Below are positions 53,940 through 64,000 of a stretch of 64,000 nt of DNA, one piece after another. The notes beneath the pieces were generated by a model, which had not been told where the DNA came from, searched no databases, and saw only the letters and a list, made by a program, of their open reading frames with translations. The DNA comes from Bacteroidaceae bacterium (GTDB taxonomy: Bacteria; Bacteroidota; Bacteroidia; Bacteroidales; Bacteroidaceae). The position numbers and the translations under genes were made by a program. Where the stretch lies: positions 1,986 through 65,985 of the forward strand of contig JAFUWG010000053.1 of the NCBI GenBank assembly GCA_017483605.1, in the 5' to 3' direction. Each line of letters starts with the position of its first letter. Position 1 is the first letter of the stretch.

Positions 53940-55313
53940 TTACTTGACATAGACTTTCTTGCCATTGATGATGTTGATGGCGCCCTTCACCGGTGCTTTC
54001 ACCTGCTTGCCATCGATGGTGTAGATGCCCACGAGCGTGCGTGCAGGCTGTTCAGCAGCCACACCCTGAATGGCAACCTCCTCGGTGCCGGCAAAGAGAA
54101 TCTTCTCAGGCAGAGGATACTGAGTGGCATCCAATGCAAGGTAGCACTCGTTCTGAGCCACGGTGCCAGCGGTTGCCTTCACGAAGTCGGTGCCGTCGAA
54201 GACATAGTAAGTCATGGCGTTGCCATCGTCGTCGGTTGCAGGCAGGTCGCTGATGTTGACCGCCCCGGCACTGGTACCTACGAGGTAACTATCCCAAGGG
54301 AATGTCTCCTCGTTGGTCAGGATGATGGACTGCTCGCCCTTGCCATAAAGGATGACGCCGTCGCCTGCAGCATAACTGTAGCCAAACTCGCTGATGGCGT
54401 ATGAGGCATCGAAAGAAGGAATTTCGCCTTCATATTTGTGGAACTCAGAAGAGATGACATTGTAATCATCGTCATATTCTATCTCCCAATAACCCCATGC
54501 ATTCTCCGTCTCGTCGAAGGAGATGGTGTTGTAATTCTCGTCCGTGAAAGTCTTCTCGACAGGCACGATGCGATAGCCCTTCACGTTGCCCAACAGAGCG
54601 GAGTAGGCATTGGAGAACGGAACGTACTTACCCTCGCCGAAGTCGATGGTGATGATGGAGTCGCCCGAGAAATGAGCCGTGTAGGTCTCCACGTCAGACA
54701 CGGTGAGGCTGTAAGGGTTGTCGGTGATTTTGTTGCCCTTCGAGTCGGTCCAGTAGTCAAACTTGGCAGAAGGGTCGGAAGAAGAAGCAGAGATGGTGAT
54801 GTTGTCGCCTGTGTCGTTCGCTACCTTGCTGATGTCGAGCAGGGCGATGGAAGCGAGTCCGTCGGCTGGCTGCACTTTCACCTTCGAGAAGATGGCATAG
54901 TAGGTGGCATCTGGTGTGAAACTATAAGACTCCACCAGGTCATCCTCGGATGTCTGCATAGTAGAAACCTCGATGGCTGCTTCGGCGCCTGTTGCCACCT
55001 GCTCTGCCATGACGGTTTCATCAACTGCCGAACCGAACCAGCCAGCCAACTGATAGCCAGCAGCGGGCTGTGCCCACACATAGAGCGAGGTGGTGGAGAA
55101 GCCCTGGGTGTACTGCTTCACTTCCATCGCAGAGGTGTAATCTGCGGCAGACTCAGGCGATGTGTAACCATCGGAGGCATAAATCACGCCCTTACCTGTG
55201 GGGGCTGCCTCTACTCGGTTGTAGAACCAGTAGTAGTTGCTGTCAGACTCAGCGAATGCGGTGACGCTGAGGACGGCAAAAAGAAGAAATGAGTAAAGTT
55301 TTCTCATAATCAC
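53940..55313 (-). CDS. secreted protein with T9SS C-terminal sorting domain (function unknown)
   Basis: 457 aa. Signal peptide MIMRKLYSFLLFAVLSVTAFA. C-terminus LVGIYTIDGKQVKAPVKGAINIINGKKVYVK. Confidence 0.7.
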   Translation of the reverse strand: MIMRKLYSFLLFAVLSVTAFAESDSNYYWFYNRVEAAPTGKGVIYASDGYTSPESAADYTSAMEVKQYTQGFSTTSLYVWAQPAAGYQLAGWFGSAVDETVMAEQVATGAEAAIEVSTMQTSEDDLVESYSFTPDATYYAIFSKVKVQPADGLASIALLDISKVANDTGDNITISASSSDPSAKFDYWTDSKGNKITDNPYSLTVSDVETYTAHFSGDSIITIDFGEGKYVPFSNAYSALLGNVKGYRIVPVEKTFTDENYNTISFDETENAWGYWEIEYDDDYNVISSEFHKYEGEIPSFDASYAISEFGYSYAAGDGVILYGKGEQSIILTNEETFPWDSYLVGTSAGAVNISDLPATDDDGNAMTYYVFDGTDFVKATAGTVAQNECYLALDATQYPLPEKILFAGTEEVAIQGVAAEQPARTLVGIYTIDGKQVKAPVKGAINIINGKKVYVK

Positions 55314-56443
55314 TTTGTTTTTAGTAAGTTAATATTGAATGTTTGATATATTGTCCGGATAAGAACGCCTGTGACGATGAGCAACTGCTCGATGAAGAAG
55401 ATGCGACCCAAGTTCACAAGCATGAAAGCGATGAACACCAGAAGGATGACGGTGAATGCCGCATAGGTGCGTCGCCCTGCCCATCGGGAAATCAGCAGCG
55501 GGATGGGATTGAAGGGGATGAGGAACCAGTTCCACTCGGTGCCTGGCGTTCGGGATACAAAGACCATCCACACAAGGAACACACCCACCAAGAAGTGGAG
55601 CACGAGCAGGGTGCGACGGACGGATGGTGTGCTGATGGGCAGCAGGCACAGCAGCAGGAAAAGGATGGCAAAAAGCCGAGGCGACAGAAAGGGTGAAGGG
55701 CCGCTCTCTTCCACATCGGTTGGAGCGGCAAGTTCTGTGGGTCGGTCGGCAAGTTCTGCCTTTTCCAAGAGGGCTGCCACATCGAGGGGCATGATGAGTT
55801 TGCTGGTGCCACGAACGGTCTCGTCGGGAGTGCCGCCATAGAGCGTATGTCCGATAAAGCCTTTCCACGAAGAGGTGTCCTTGTAGCGAGCCAAGATTTG
55901 ACGGCGGGTTTCATACGGCAAGAGTTCGTCTGCCATCTCGTCGAACGGGAGGTGACGGTCTTGCACCGCAGCAAAGATGATGCTCACCATCTCTTGAGCA
56001 CAGCCGTTGTGGATGTAGTCGATATGACGGGCCAAGCCAAGGGCGACACAATCATCGAGAATCTTCCACAAATGGCGGGTTTCGTCGAGTGTCAAGCGAA
56101 GGGAATATTCGCTGATGCCGCGACCCTCCTGCTGATAATCTTGAAGGAAAAGGGCTGTCTCTTCAGGCACGATACCTGCCTGAAGGGTGCGTAAGGTCAT
56201 GGCTGTGAACTCGTTGCCTATCTCGGGAGACTTAACGGTGAAACAATAGTCAAGTCCTGCCGAGGGGCACGACATTCGGATGGCAGCATGACCCAACATG
56301 GAGGTGAAGCCATCGCCCGGAGTGACAACCAAGTAGGAGGCATACACATCGGTGGGCAGAGAGAGGGTGTCGGTCTGCTCTGTCTGTGCCTTTGTCATGA
56401 AGACAAAGATAAGGGATAATATGCCTGTGAGTAGTCGTCGCAA
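55310..56443 (-). CDS. DUF4105-like periplasmic domain fused to a multi-TM C-terminal region
   Basis: 377 aa. Signal peptide. SMLGHAAIRMSCPSAGLDYCFTV resembles the DUF4105/Lnb N-terminal domain. At least four TM helices in the last ~130 aa. Confidence 0.55.
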   Translation of the reverse strand: MRRLLTGILSLIFVFMTKAQTEQTDTLSLPTDVYASYLVVTPGDGFTSMLGHAAIRMSCPSAGLDYCFTVKSPEIGNEFTAMTLRTLQAGIVPEETALFLQDYQQEGRGISEYSLRLTLDETRHLWKILDDCVALGLARHIDYIHNGCAQEMVSIIFAAVQDRHLPFDEMADELLPYETRRQILARYKDTSSWKGFIGHTLYGGTPDETVRGTSKLIMPLDVAALLEKAELADRPTELAAPTDVEESGPSPFLSPRLFAILFLLLCLLPISTPSVRRTLLVLHFLVGVFLVWMVFVSRTPGTEWNWFLIPFNPIPLLISRWAGRRTYAAFTVILLVFIAFMLVNLGRIFFIEQLLIVTGVLIRTIYQTFNINLLKTK

Positions 56444-56447
56444 AGGG

Positions 56448-57932
56448 TTATTGTATCAGGCTTTCGATGAGGGTACGAGTCTCAACGCTGCTGGGGCGTG
56501 GAGCCGTGGACTTGAAGAGTTTGCCGTTGGCATCGAAGAGCATGAAGCGTGGGATGCTGTTGATGTTATAACCTGTGAGACCCGGACAATTCTGAAGGTC
56601 GGGAACGATGTACTGCTCCCATTGCGGATTGTCATGCTCCAGTTTGTTGAGCCACTGGTTACGCTGGGCATCAATGGAGATGGAGATAATACGTACCTTT
56701 CCCTCTGGGTGGTCTTTGGTGTAGAGCAAACCTTGTTCCTTGTAGTCTGCCACCATCTTTTCGAGATGAGGAATCTCAGCCTTGCAAGGACCGCACCACG
56801 TAGCCCAAAAGTCGATGTAGGTGACATGCCCATTGCCCATGAGGTCGGCAAAGCGTGCAGGGGTTCCATCAGCATATTCAAGGGCGAAGTCGATAGGGGC
56901 TTCGCCTGGTGCCTGTGCAGACATACGGTCCAGATTCTCTCGGATGAAAGAGACGTAGGTGGTATCGGTGGAAACAGCCAAGTACTGCTCGTAGAGGTCT
57001 TTGAGGTCGCTGCTGGCAGTATCCAACCCCCACGAAGCGAGGAAAAGGATGTTCATGAGATAGACGTTGGCAACCTCGTTGCGAACATCCTGATTCTGAG
57101 TGTACTCGGAAAGATATTTGATTTTGGCACCTTCGGCAGACATCGGGGTGTAAAGTCCAGGATGGGCGGCATAGTACCACTCAAGGTAATTGTAAATCTG
57201 AGACACCTGAAGGGTATCGTTCGGATTGATGCCGCCAATAAATTGCTGGAAATCTGCATCCGCAATCATGGAGCGACCAATCTTCTCGCTACCAATGGCA
57301 TAGGCAAAGTAGGCAGTTCCCCGCTGGTCGTCAAGGGCTCCCTGTGCTTGCTCGGCAAAGGTCTTGTCGAAGATTCGGTTAACGACAGACTCCATCTTGG
57401 CAATCTCGCTGTTGATGAAGGATTTGGCAGCCTTGAAGTCCGCATGATTTGCCGCCAAAGTATCGCCCTCAAAGACAGAGGAACGTGAGGTGGCTTGGAA
57501 ATACAGATTGGCGTATTCCGACTTTTCGGGTTCATCGCCTGAATACTGCACGGAAAAAGGCGTTTTTGTAATGTCGGCATGAATGGTCTTGCCCGGCTGG
57601 AGCAGGACACAAAAGGCATGACCTCCGTCGTGGATGCCGTCGGAGAGGTTGTTGAAGACAAGCCCTTCTGTCAGTGTGGGCACATCAATCGTGTAGGTGA
57701 ATCGACCTTTTTTGTCAATGACGAGGGTGTCATAACCTTCTTTTTCAACACCTTGCACATAAACAAAGAATGTGTCGGTAGGAAGATACTGATTGATCTT
57801 TCCGGTGAAGGTTGTCTGCTGGGCAAAGGTAGAAGTACACCACAAGAGCAGCAGCATCAATAACCCTCTCCGACTCCCCTGTTTAGGGGAGAATTTTTGA
57901 ATTGTTGAATTTTTAATTGGTTGAGTTTTCAT
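56448..57932 (-). CDS. TlpA-like thiol:disulfide oxidoreductase with large N-terminal domain
   Basis: 494 aa. Signal peptide. FWATWCGPCKAEIPHLEKM active site near the C-terminal thioredoxin fold. Confidence 0.8.
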   Translation of the reverse strand: MKTQPIKNSTIQKFSPKQGSRRGLLMLLLLWCTSTFAQQTTFTGKINQYLPTDTFFVYVQGVEKEGYDTLVIDKKGRFTYTIDVPTLTEGLVFNNLSDGIHDGGHAFCVLLQPGKTIHADITKTPFSVQYSGDEPEKSEYANLYFQATSRSSVFEGDTLAANHADFKAAKSFINSEIAKMESVVNRIFDKTFAEQAQGALDDQRGTAYFAYAIGSEKIGRSMIADADFQQFIGGINPNDTLQVSQIYNYLEWYYAAHPGLYTPMSAEGAKIKYLSEYTQNQDVRNEVANVYLMNILFLASWGLDTASSDLKDLYEQYLAVSTDTTYVSFIRENLDRMSAQAPGEAPIDFALEYADGTPARFADLMGNGHVTYIDFWATWCGPCKAEIPHLEKMVADYKEQGLLYTKDHPEGKVRIISISIDAQRNQWLNKLEHDNPQWEQYIVPDLQNCPGLTGYNINSIPRFMLFDANGKLFKSTAPRPSSVETRTLIESLIQ

Positions 57933-57947
57933 TTTTCTTTTTATATA

Positions 57948-58577
57948 CTATCTAACAAATCTGACACTGAGAAAATAGGCCTCTGGCTCGATGCTGAGGC
58001 GTTGGAGGGTAGAGGTGTCGTAGAACTTCTTGCGGGCATAGCAGTACTGCCCCTCTTTGAGGGTGTCGGGAGTGGATGTCCAGAAATATGCCCATGACCC
58101 CATGAAGCGGTTGCCGTTGGCTACGGAGGCGTAGGTGTTTTTGGTGTAGTAGCCTCCGTAGAGCAGGCTGAATTCGGAACTGAGATAGCCTCGGGTGGCT
58201 TCGAGGGCTGCCCAATCTTGGTCGGTGGGGAGTCGCCAACCTTCGGGCACTGCCTGCTGGGCGGCTGAACGGGTGTAGAGCATCCCGTATTTGGAACGAA
58301 GGGCGGTGGACTCGACCTGTCGGGCATGGTCATCTACGGTCTGATAGATGCGGCTCAAGTTGCGGTCGCCAAGGTCGTAGGAGAGGTTTTCGACTGACCA
58401 ATCGAGCCCTCCCAGATGAACGTAATGGTAGGAAGTTCCATCGCGTGGATCAATGAATACACCTTGGGCTGTGGGCTGCTCAACGGCAGGGTCATTGTCG
58501 GACGAGCAAGCCCCGAAGGTGCAAGCCAGACAGAGAAGCAGGGCTGCCACGGGGATGGGATAGCGTTTATTCCACAT
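57948..58577 (-). CDS. FISUMP (Fibrobacter succinogenes major paralogous) domain lipoprotein
   Basis: 209 aa. Lipobox LACTFGAC. GMLYT...VPEGWRLPTDQDWAALE...YFWTST pattern of the FISUMP domain. Confidence 0.75.
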   Translation of the reverse strand: MWNKRYPIPVAALLLCLACTFGACSSDNDPAVEQPTAQGVFIDPRDGTSYHYVHLGGLDWSVENLSYDLGDRNLSRIYQTVDDHARQVESTALRSKYGMLYTRSAAQQAVPEGWRLPTDQDWAALEATRGYLSSEFSLLYGGYYTKNTYASVANGNRFMGSWAYFWTSTPDTLKEGQYCYARKKFYDTSTLQRLSIEPEAYFLSVRFVR

Positions 58578-59466
58578 AACCTAATGATTTTAAGATTTGA
58601 CGCATAAGTGTGCATTTCTTGAGCACAAGGGGGTACTGCTCGTAGCGTTTCTGCAGGGTCTCCTCGCTGTTGGCGACCACGAGGCGGGCAAAGGCACTGA
58701 GGTCGAGCGAGGGACTGGGATAGAGTCCGTTGACATCGGTGCCATAACTCTGACCTCGACAGATGAAGCCTGCTGCATTGAGCAGGGCGGTGTTCTCGGC
58801 AGTGGTGGAGGGAGCAGTGAAAGTGCCATCGTAGTAGGCTTGACTGACTGTCAAGAAATCGGTGAAGGCGGCGGCATTGTCGGTGACAAGACGCCCGATG
58901 ATGATATTGATGACCTGTGCGGTGAACTGTGCCCGCTGTGCATCAGTGAGTTGGGGCAGCAGATGGCAAGCAACGACGACGGCTCGCTGACCAGCAGCGG
59001 CGTAGGGGGAAGAGATGTTGCCGAGGTTCTCTCGCTGAATCTGATCGACGAGCAACCATGAGTAGGGCATGAGGACTCCTGAAAAATGGGGCAGGAGGTA
59101 GTCGCGAACGTACTGCATGGCGGTGCGTCGGGAGGGGGTGTCGGCAAGAAGCGTGTAGGTGTAGTGGGTATTGGAGGCGGTGCTCATGCCTATCTCGTAG
59201 GGGAGGTCGAGGACTTCGGTGAAATAGTGGGGGTCGCCGTTCACGTCGGTGCCGAGGAGGCGGTGCTGGAGGGTGTCGTTGAAGAGAAGGAAGGAGCCGT
59301 AGTCCTGATAGAAGGCACGACGCATCTGTGCCTCCTCGCTGGTGTCGTCTGCAGCGGGGAGGAAGGGTGTGGTGACATCTTGGAGGTCAACCTGCGGGGC
59401 ATCTTCTGAACAGGAAGCGAGGAGAGATGCCAGCAAGAGGAATAACAATTGGGAGAGATGTTTCAT
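58567..59466 (-). CDS. lipoprotein (hypothetical)
   Basis: 299 aa. Lipobox LLASLLASC. Overlaps the neighbouring genes at both ends. Confidence 0.55.
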   Translation of the reverse strand: MKHLSQLLFLLLASLLASCSEDAPQVDLQDVTTPFLPAADDTSEEAQMRRAFYQDYGSFLLFNDTLQHRLLGTDVNGDPHYFTEVLDLPYEIGMSTASNTHYTYTLLADTPSRRTAMQYVRDYLLPHFSGVLMPYSWLLVDQIQRENLGNISSPYAAAGQRAVVVACHLLPQLTDAQRAQFTAQVINIIIGRLVTDNAAAFTDFLTVSQAYYDGTFTAPSTTAENTALLNAAGFICRGQSYGTDVNGLYPSPSLDLSAFARLVVANSEETLQKRYEQYPLVLKKCTLMRQILKSLGYVE

Positions 59467-61055
59467 TGTTGCAGTGTGATGTAATTACGCCAAGGGCGGG
59501 GGTTGTTGGGCATTCCGGTATTGAAATCGAGCACTTCCTGCGGAATGGGAAGGGTGTAGGCTGCATCGTTGGCTTCGAGGGTGAAGCGGCGACGCTCTAC
59601 GAGGGTTGTGGTGGTATGAGAGGTGTAGTAGGACCACTCGTGGGTGATGGGGGTGCTCTCGGGCTGAACGCTGCAGACGGTGTAGCGACGGAGGTCGAAC
59701 CAACGATGTCCCTCGAGTGCCAATTCAAGGCGGCGTTCGCGGCGAATGGCGGAAATGAGACCGCTGCCCGAAGAGGTGATGTCGCTGTTGGCAGAAGCGG
59801 CGTAACGACTGCGACGGAGGGTGTTGAGTGCGGTGCGTGCCTCGGTGTCGTTGCCCAGATAGGCTTCGGCCTCGGCATAGTTGAGATAGGCTTCGGCTGA
59901 GCGAAGCAGGAACTGACCTGAGACTTCTTCCATGACGCTCTTGTCGGCGTATGCCTGGGTGTAGTAGTTGGTGGCTGTGGCATCGTAGGTAAGGTACATG
60001 GTGCTCACCTTAGTCTTGACAGGACCCACGAAGTTACCTTTCTGCCAATACCACTGCGACTTGCGGAGGTCGCTGGCTGCGTAGGCATCATAGAGTTCTC
60101 GGCTGACGGAGTAGGACTGGCAGATGTAGTTGAAGATGCAAGGCACATCGCTTCCTCCCATAGAGAAAAGGTTCTCGGGATTGTCGGCAACGGAGAACTT
60201 GCCCGATGCGGTGGAAAGTTGGGTCAGGGCAGGATGCTCGTTCATCACTTTCTGGGCATACAGGGCGGCTTTCTGCCAATTCTGCATGTAGAGATAAACA
60301 CGGCTCTGAAGCAAGTGGCAGGCGGTGGAATCGGCTCGATAGATGCTGACGGGAGGCGTCTTATATTGTGTCAACTCACGCTCGGCTTGATCGAGGTCGG
60401 AAAGCACCTGAGCATACACCTCTGCCACGGTCTGACGGGTGAACTTGCGGTCTTCCACCACATCGCTGGTCTTGAGTGGCACACAGAGGTCGGTGGCAGC
60501 GGTGGCGGCATCGTAGGGTTTGCCGTAGAGATTGGCAAGCCAAAAATAGTAGTAGGCACGAAGAAAATGTGCCTCGCCACGCACTTTGTGGATGCCCTGC
60601 TGCTCTGACTGGGTGGCATGGGGGACTTCTTCGACTGCCGAGAGGATATTGTTTGCCACATTGATGCAGTAGTAGATTTTTGTCCATGTGGCATTCTCGG
60701 CATAATAGTCTGTGTAAGTCTCGTTCTGCCCTACCCGCTGCTGCCATGTGAAATAGCCGAAAGACTGGGCACGGTTGTCGCCGTCGGCGTAGGTGTTGTT
60801 GTATCCTGACTGCGACTCCTGCACTTCATCACCCAACAAGTGAATCCATGAGCCTACGTTTGTGGTATAACTCAGATGGTTGGAACGTTCGACGGGAAGG
60901 TAGCAGTCGCCTATGAGCAGTTCGTCAAGGTCTTTCCATGTACGCACATAGTCGGTGTCCTGTGAGTATTCTTCGAGAAAATCGCCACAGGAGGTCATGC
61001 CCAAACAGGAAATGACCAGAAAAAGAAGAATATATCTGTATGGTAAGTGTCTCAT
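59463..61055 (-). CDS. SusD/RagB family outer-membrane nutrient-binding lipoprotein
   Basis: 530 aa. Lipobox ISCLGMTSC. TPR-like helical SusD pattern (RAYYYFWLANLYG, AEAYLNYAEAEAYLG). Directly downstream of the SusC-like gene. Confidence 0.9.
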   Translation of the reverse strand: MRHLPYRYILLFLVISCLGMTSCGDFLEEYSQDTDYVRTWKDLDELLIGDCYLPVERSNHLSYTTNVGSWIHLLGDEVQESQSGYNNTYADGDNRAQSFGYFTWQQRVGQNETYTDYYAENATWTKIYYCINVANNILSAVEEVPHATQSEQQGIHKVRGEAHFLRAYYYFWLANLYGKPYDAATAATDLCVPLKTSDVVEDRKFTRQTVAEVYAQVLSDLDQAERELTQYKTPPVSIYRADSTACHLLQSRVYLYMQNWQKAALYAQKVMNEHPALTQLSTASGKFSVADNPENLFSMGGSDVPCIFNYICQSYSVSRELYDAYAASDLRKSQWYWQKGNFVGPVKTKVSTMYLTYDATATNYYTQAYADKSVMEEVSGQFLLRSAEAYLNYAEAEAYLGNDTEARTALNTLRRSRYAASANSDITSSGSGLISAIRRERRLELALEGHRWFDLRRYTVCSVQPESTPITHEWSYYTSHTTTTLVERRRFTLEANDAAYTLPIPQEVLDFNTGMPNNPRPWRNYITLQQ

Positions 61056-61059
61056 CGGA

Positions 61060-64000
61060 TTAAAATTCTACATTAAGTCCAAGTGTATAGGTGGGTGTGT
61101 CGCTCAACTGAATCTCGGAAAAACCGCCCTGTGTGGGGGTCTGACCACGAAGTCGGCTGTTGCAGAAGGTGTGGAGATTGGTGGCAGAGAAAGTGAATGC
61201 CAAACGTCCCAAATGCCAGTTCTGTAAGAGTTTCTTATTGAACTCGTAGGTGAGGGAGATGTTCTGCAACTTGACGTAATCGGCACTGACAACTCGTGCG
61301 GTGGAGTAGTCGTACATAGTCCAAGCGTTAGAACTGAAACGGGGTCCTGCGTAGAGGTCGCCGCTGCTCCAATGGTTGTCGTACTGCCAATAACTGTTGT
61401 TGCCGCTGCCCATGATGGAGGGTATGTTGGTATGGGCTTCATCGCCAGGCTTTTGCCAGCGATTGAGAAGGTCGCGACTGACGTTGGCTTCGCTGGAATA
61501 ACCTCCCGTGAATCCGTCGAAGAGGCGGAAGAGGCGGGTGCTGGCTCCGAAGGCGTAGGTGAAAGTGACGCCGAGTCGCCACTGGCGATAGGTGAAGGTG
61601 TTGGTGAAACTTCCTGTCACATCGGGTTCACGTTTGCCACTGGGCACAAGCACTCGGGTATAGGCTTCATAGTTGTTCAAGTTCTTCAACTCGTTTTGGC
61701 GGTCTTCCCAGTCTTCAAAGATAGGGCCTCCATCCTCGCTGCTCAATCCGACGAACTGGTAACTATAGAAGGTGCCCACGGGCTGTCCCTCTACAACAGC
61801 AGTGCCATTGAGAAAGTCGCTGAGTTCGTAAGTTTCGCCTCCAGGAGTGGTCGTGACTTTGTTGATGATTTTGGAAAGATTACCCGAGAGTATCCAATAG
61901 AAGTTACGAACCTTGACGGGAGTGGCGGAAAGGTTGAGGTTGTAGCCTTTGTTGATGACGGTGCCTGAATTGACAATGTAAGACGTGTAGCCATTGACAT
62001 CACTGATGGTCTTTGACATGAAGGCATCGGTGGTTCGTTTATGATAGAGTTCAACACCCAGTTGCAAACGGCCTGCAAAGAAACTGGACTCGATGCCCAC
62101 GTTGGCTGAATGTGTCTTCTCCCACTTCAAATCGGGGTTTGCAAAATAGGCTGCCGTGGTGACCATCTCACGATAGTAGGCATCCATCGTTCCTTTCTTG
62201 ATGACCATCACGGGGGTCTGGTCGTCAAGCATGTTTCCTTGTTCACCATAAGAGGCTTTGAGCGAGAGGAAATCTATCCAGTCGGCATTGATGTGGGCGA
62301 TGCTCTTCAAATTGGCATTGCCTGAAACTGACCAAATGGGCAGAATCTTTTCATTACTGCGGCTACCAAACTTGTTTGAACCATCGTATCGCGTGTTGGC
62401 ATTCAGTGTGAACAAATCTTTATATGTGTAGGAAAGTGTGGCGTATGCAGAAAGTAGATTGGTCTTCTGGTCTGTGATGGTAGGCACATTTCCGCTCACC
62501 CAACTGTAATAATTGGTGTAAGAAGTTGGCACATTCACCACAAAGGTCTCGCCACGGTCGGGATAATAGCCACGATCTGTGCGTGTGTAGCCCTTATAGA
62601 GAGAAGAAGAGGCTTCCCCGCCCAACGAGAAGTTGATCAGATGGGCATATTCTGCATCCAGAAACTTGTTGATGTCCATCTGCAGACGGGCGGTATAACC
62701 TTTGGTGCTGGTCGTTGCCTTCGTGAACTCCCCTCCATAGGGCATTTCGCTGTCATCGCCTGGCACCACACCAGGTTCGCTCCGACGAAGATAGGAACTG
62801 TGGAACGTCTGTTCGCCATACAAGGTATCAGAAGTGCTCGACGAAGTGGTCACAGACAAAATACCATTCAGATGCAGCCATGAAATGGGCTGATAGTGTA
62901 AGTTTGCCGTCGCCATCAGGTTGCTCACCTCCTGCTTCTGGCCGGAGTTTTCCAGTTCATTCAAAATATTATAGTTCAAGTATCCCGCCACCGTTCCTGT
63001 ACTTTTCTTATAGTAATAATAAGAGCCATCAGCGTTATAAGCAGGAATGGCACGAGACGTGTTGTATGCATAATCTGTTGGATTCACTTCGCTGGCATTG
63101 TAGTTACGGTCATTCTGATAACCATTGATATTAAATCCCAGGTCCAATTTTTTCGCCAATTGAATGTCCAACTTTGCCATACCCGTATAACGGCGATTAG
63201 TCGTGTTCTTGATGACATCATCTTGGTCGGTATAACCTAATGAAGCATAAAAACGAACCTTATCACTTCCTCCTGAGACAGAGAAACTATGGTCGTGAGA
63301 AAAAGAATTGTGGCACAAGATGTCAAACCAATCCGTATTGAGACCTGCCATCTCGTTCACTGCCGCATCAAACTGACTTTGTGTGTAGATTCCTGCATAG
63401 AGATTGTTCAACGCATTCTCATAGCCGACCAATGGCATACCGCTCGGATACATATAGTGTTGGTCCACAAGTACTTGAGAAAACTGAATCCGTTCGTTAG
63501 AATTCATCAAGTTGATTTTGGAATCTGTGTAGTAAGGACGACGCCTGCCCGTAAATGTTGCCGAATAAGATAAGACTGGCTTACCTTCACGCCCACTTTT
63601 GGTGGTGATAACTATCACACCATTGGCAGCACGAGTACCATACAATGCCGTAGCCGCAGCATCTTTCAAGACATCAATACGAAGAATATCCTGAGGGTTA
63701 ATGCCAGAGATTGCATTGCCGACACGATTGACATAATCTGGGTCATTCAACACATCGGGACTCAACTCGACAGGATCGGTCAACACAATACCATCCAAAA
63801 CCCACAGAGGTTCTCGATTACCAATCAACGTTGATGTTCCACGAATTCGCAAACGTGGGGTTGAGTTGATCTCTCCACTATTGGAGGTAATCACCATATC
63901 GGGAATTTTACCTTCCAGCATCTGGTCGATGCTTGCATATCCAGGCAAATTCACATCCTCCATCTTCATAGAAGTCACGGCACTCGTGGAGTAGCGTTTG
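61060..64000 (-). CDS. SusC/RagA family TonB-linked outer-membrane transporter (N-terminus beyond right window edge)
   Basis: Open frame continues past the listed Met at 63978 to the window end. Plug-domain motifs ([39 protein letters not shown]). C-terminal LGLNVEF. Confidence 0.9.
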   Translation of the reverse strand, partial: KRYSTSAVTSMKMEDVNLPGYASIDQMLEGKIPDMVITSNSGEINSTPRLRIRGTSTLIGNREPLWVLDGIVLTDPVELSPDVLNDPDYVNRVGNAISGINPQDILRIDVLKDAAATALYGTRAANGVIVITTKSGREGKPVLSYSATFTGRRRPYYTDSKINLMNSNERIQFSQVLVDQHYMYPSGMPLVGYENALNNLYAGIYTQSQFDAAVNEMAGLNTDWFDILCHNSFSHDHSFSVSGGSDKVRFYASLGYTDQDDVIKNTTNRRYTGMAKLDIQLAKKLDLGFNINGYQNDRNYNASEVNPTDYAYNTSRAIPAYNADGSYYYYKKSTGTVAGYLNYNILNELENSGQKQEVSNLMATANLHYQPISWLHLNGILSVTTSSSTSDTLYGEQTFHSSYLRRSEPGVVPGDDSEMPYGGEFTKATTSTKGYTARLQMDINKFLDAEYAHLINFSLGGEASSSLYKGYTRTDRGYYPDRGETFVVNVPTSYTNYYSWVSGNVPTITDQKTNLLSAYATLSYTYKDLFTLNANTRYDGSNKFGSRSNEKILPIWSVSGNANLKSIAHINADWIDFLSLKASYGEQGNMLDDQTPVMVIKKGTMDAYYREMVTTAAYFANPDLKWEKTHSANVGIESSFFAGRLQLGVELYHKRTTDAFMSKTISDVNGYTSYIVNSGTVINKGYNLNLSATPVKVRNFYWILSGNLSKIINKVTTTPGGETYELSDFLNGTAVVEGQPVGTFYSYQFVGLSSEDGGPIFEDWEDRQNELKNLNNYEAYTRVLVPSGKREPDVTGSFTNTFTYRQWRLGVTFTYAFGASTRLFRLFDGFTGGYSSEANVSRDLLNRWQKPGDEAHTNIPSIMGSGNNSYWQYDNHWSSGDLYAGPRFSSNAWTMYDYSTARVVSADYVKLQNISLTYEFNKKLLQNWHLGRLAFTFSATNLHTFCNSRLRGQTPTQGGFSEIQLSDTPTYTLGLNVEF

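Noticed and set aside
51545-57488. Several 280-380-aa ORFs antisense to the OB-repeat lipoprotein, TlpA-like, CTD and DUF4105-like genes (51545..52600, 52944..53903, 54438..55292, 56352..57488)
   Set aside because: They are Gly/Val/Asp/His-rich shadow frames opposite genes with signal peptides and active-site motifs. There is no independent support.

Overview
This 64-kb window looks like a Bacteroidota chromosome segment. The gene content, the lipoprotein and T9SS signals, and the recurrent TAnnTTTG -7 promoter boxes support that. A Prevotellaceae origin is inference only.

I support about 54 protein genes.
- **T9SS components** sit at three loci: porP-gldK-gldL-gldM at the left edge (gldM is missing from the ORF track because it runs off the window), porX next to porW/sprE, and three cargo proteins with T9SS C-terminal sorting domains, including a C10 (streptopain/interpain-like) cysteine protease.
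- **Housekeeping genes**: cysS, a GMP-synthase ATP-PPase-only gene, coaX, ispG, purE, rpoN, dnaE, trxA, tsaE, sod, aroA.
- **Other gene groups**: an ECF sigma module, an acetyltransferase operon, a PafA-like phosphatase and a LemA/DUF2207 pair.
- **Redox/Tat cluster**: LytTR regulator, NapH/NapG-like polyferredoxin, Tat-exported Fe-S aldo/keto reductase, tatA, tatC.
- **Right-edge operon**: at least 8 genes, SusC/SusD plus two TlpA-like thioredoxins.

I found no rRNA, tRNA, CRISPR array, transposase or integrase.

The most unusual signals are non-coding.
- A 109-bp AT-rich palindromic element carries four 12-bp palindromes phased exactly 21 bp apart. It occurs twice, once inside the dnaE leader.
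- A 72-73-bp element made of three GGTNTGANTCANACC palindromes at 23-bp spacing also occurs twice.
- A family of purine-rich hepta/octamer tandem repeats abuts stop codons. One copy pair forms a perfect 24-bp hairpin between tatA and tatC.
- An AT-rich island of about 4.5 kb ends in a 0.9-kb ORF-free region.

All functional calls rest on my own motif recognition. No database search was run.
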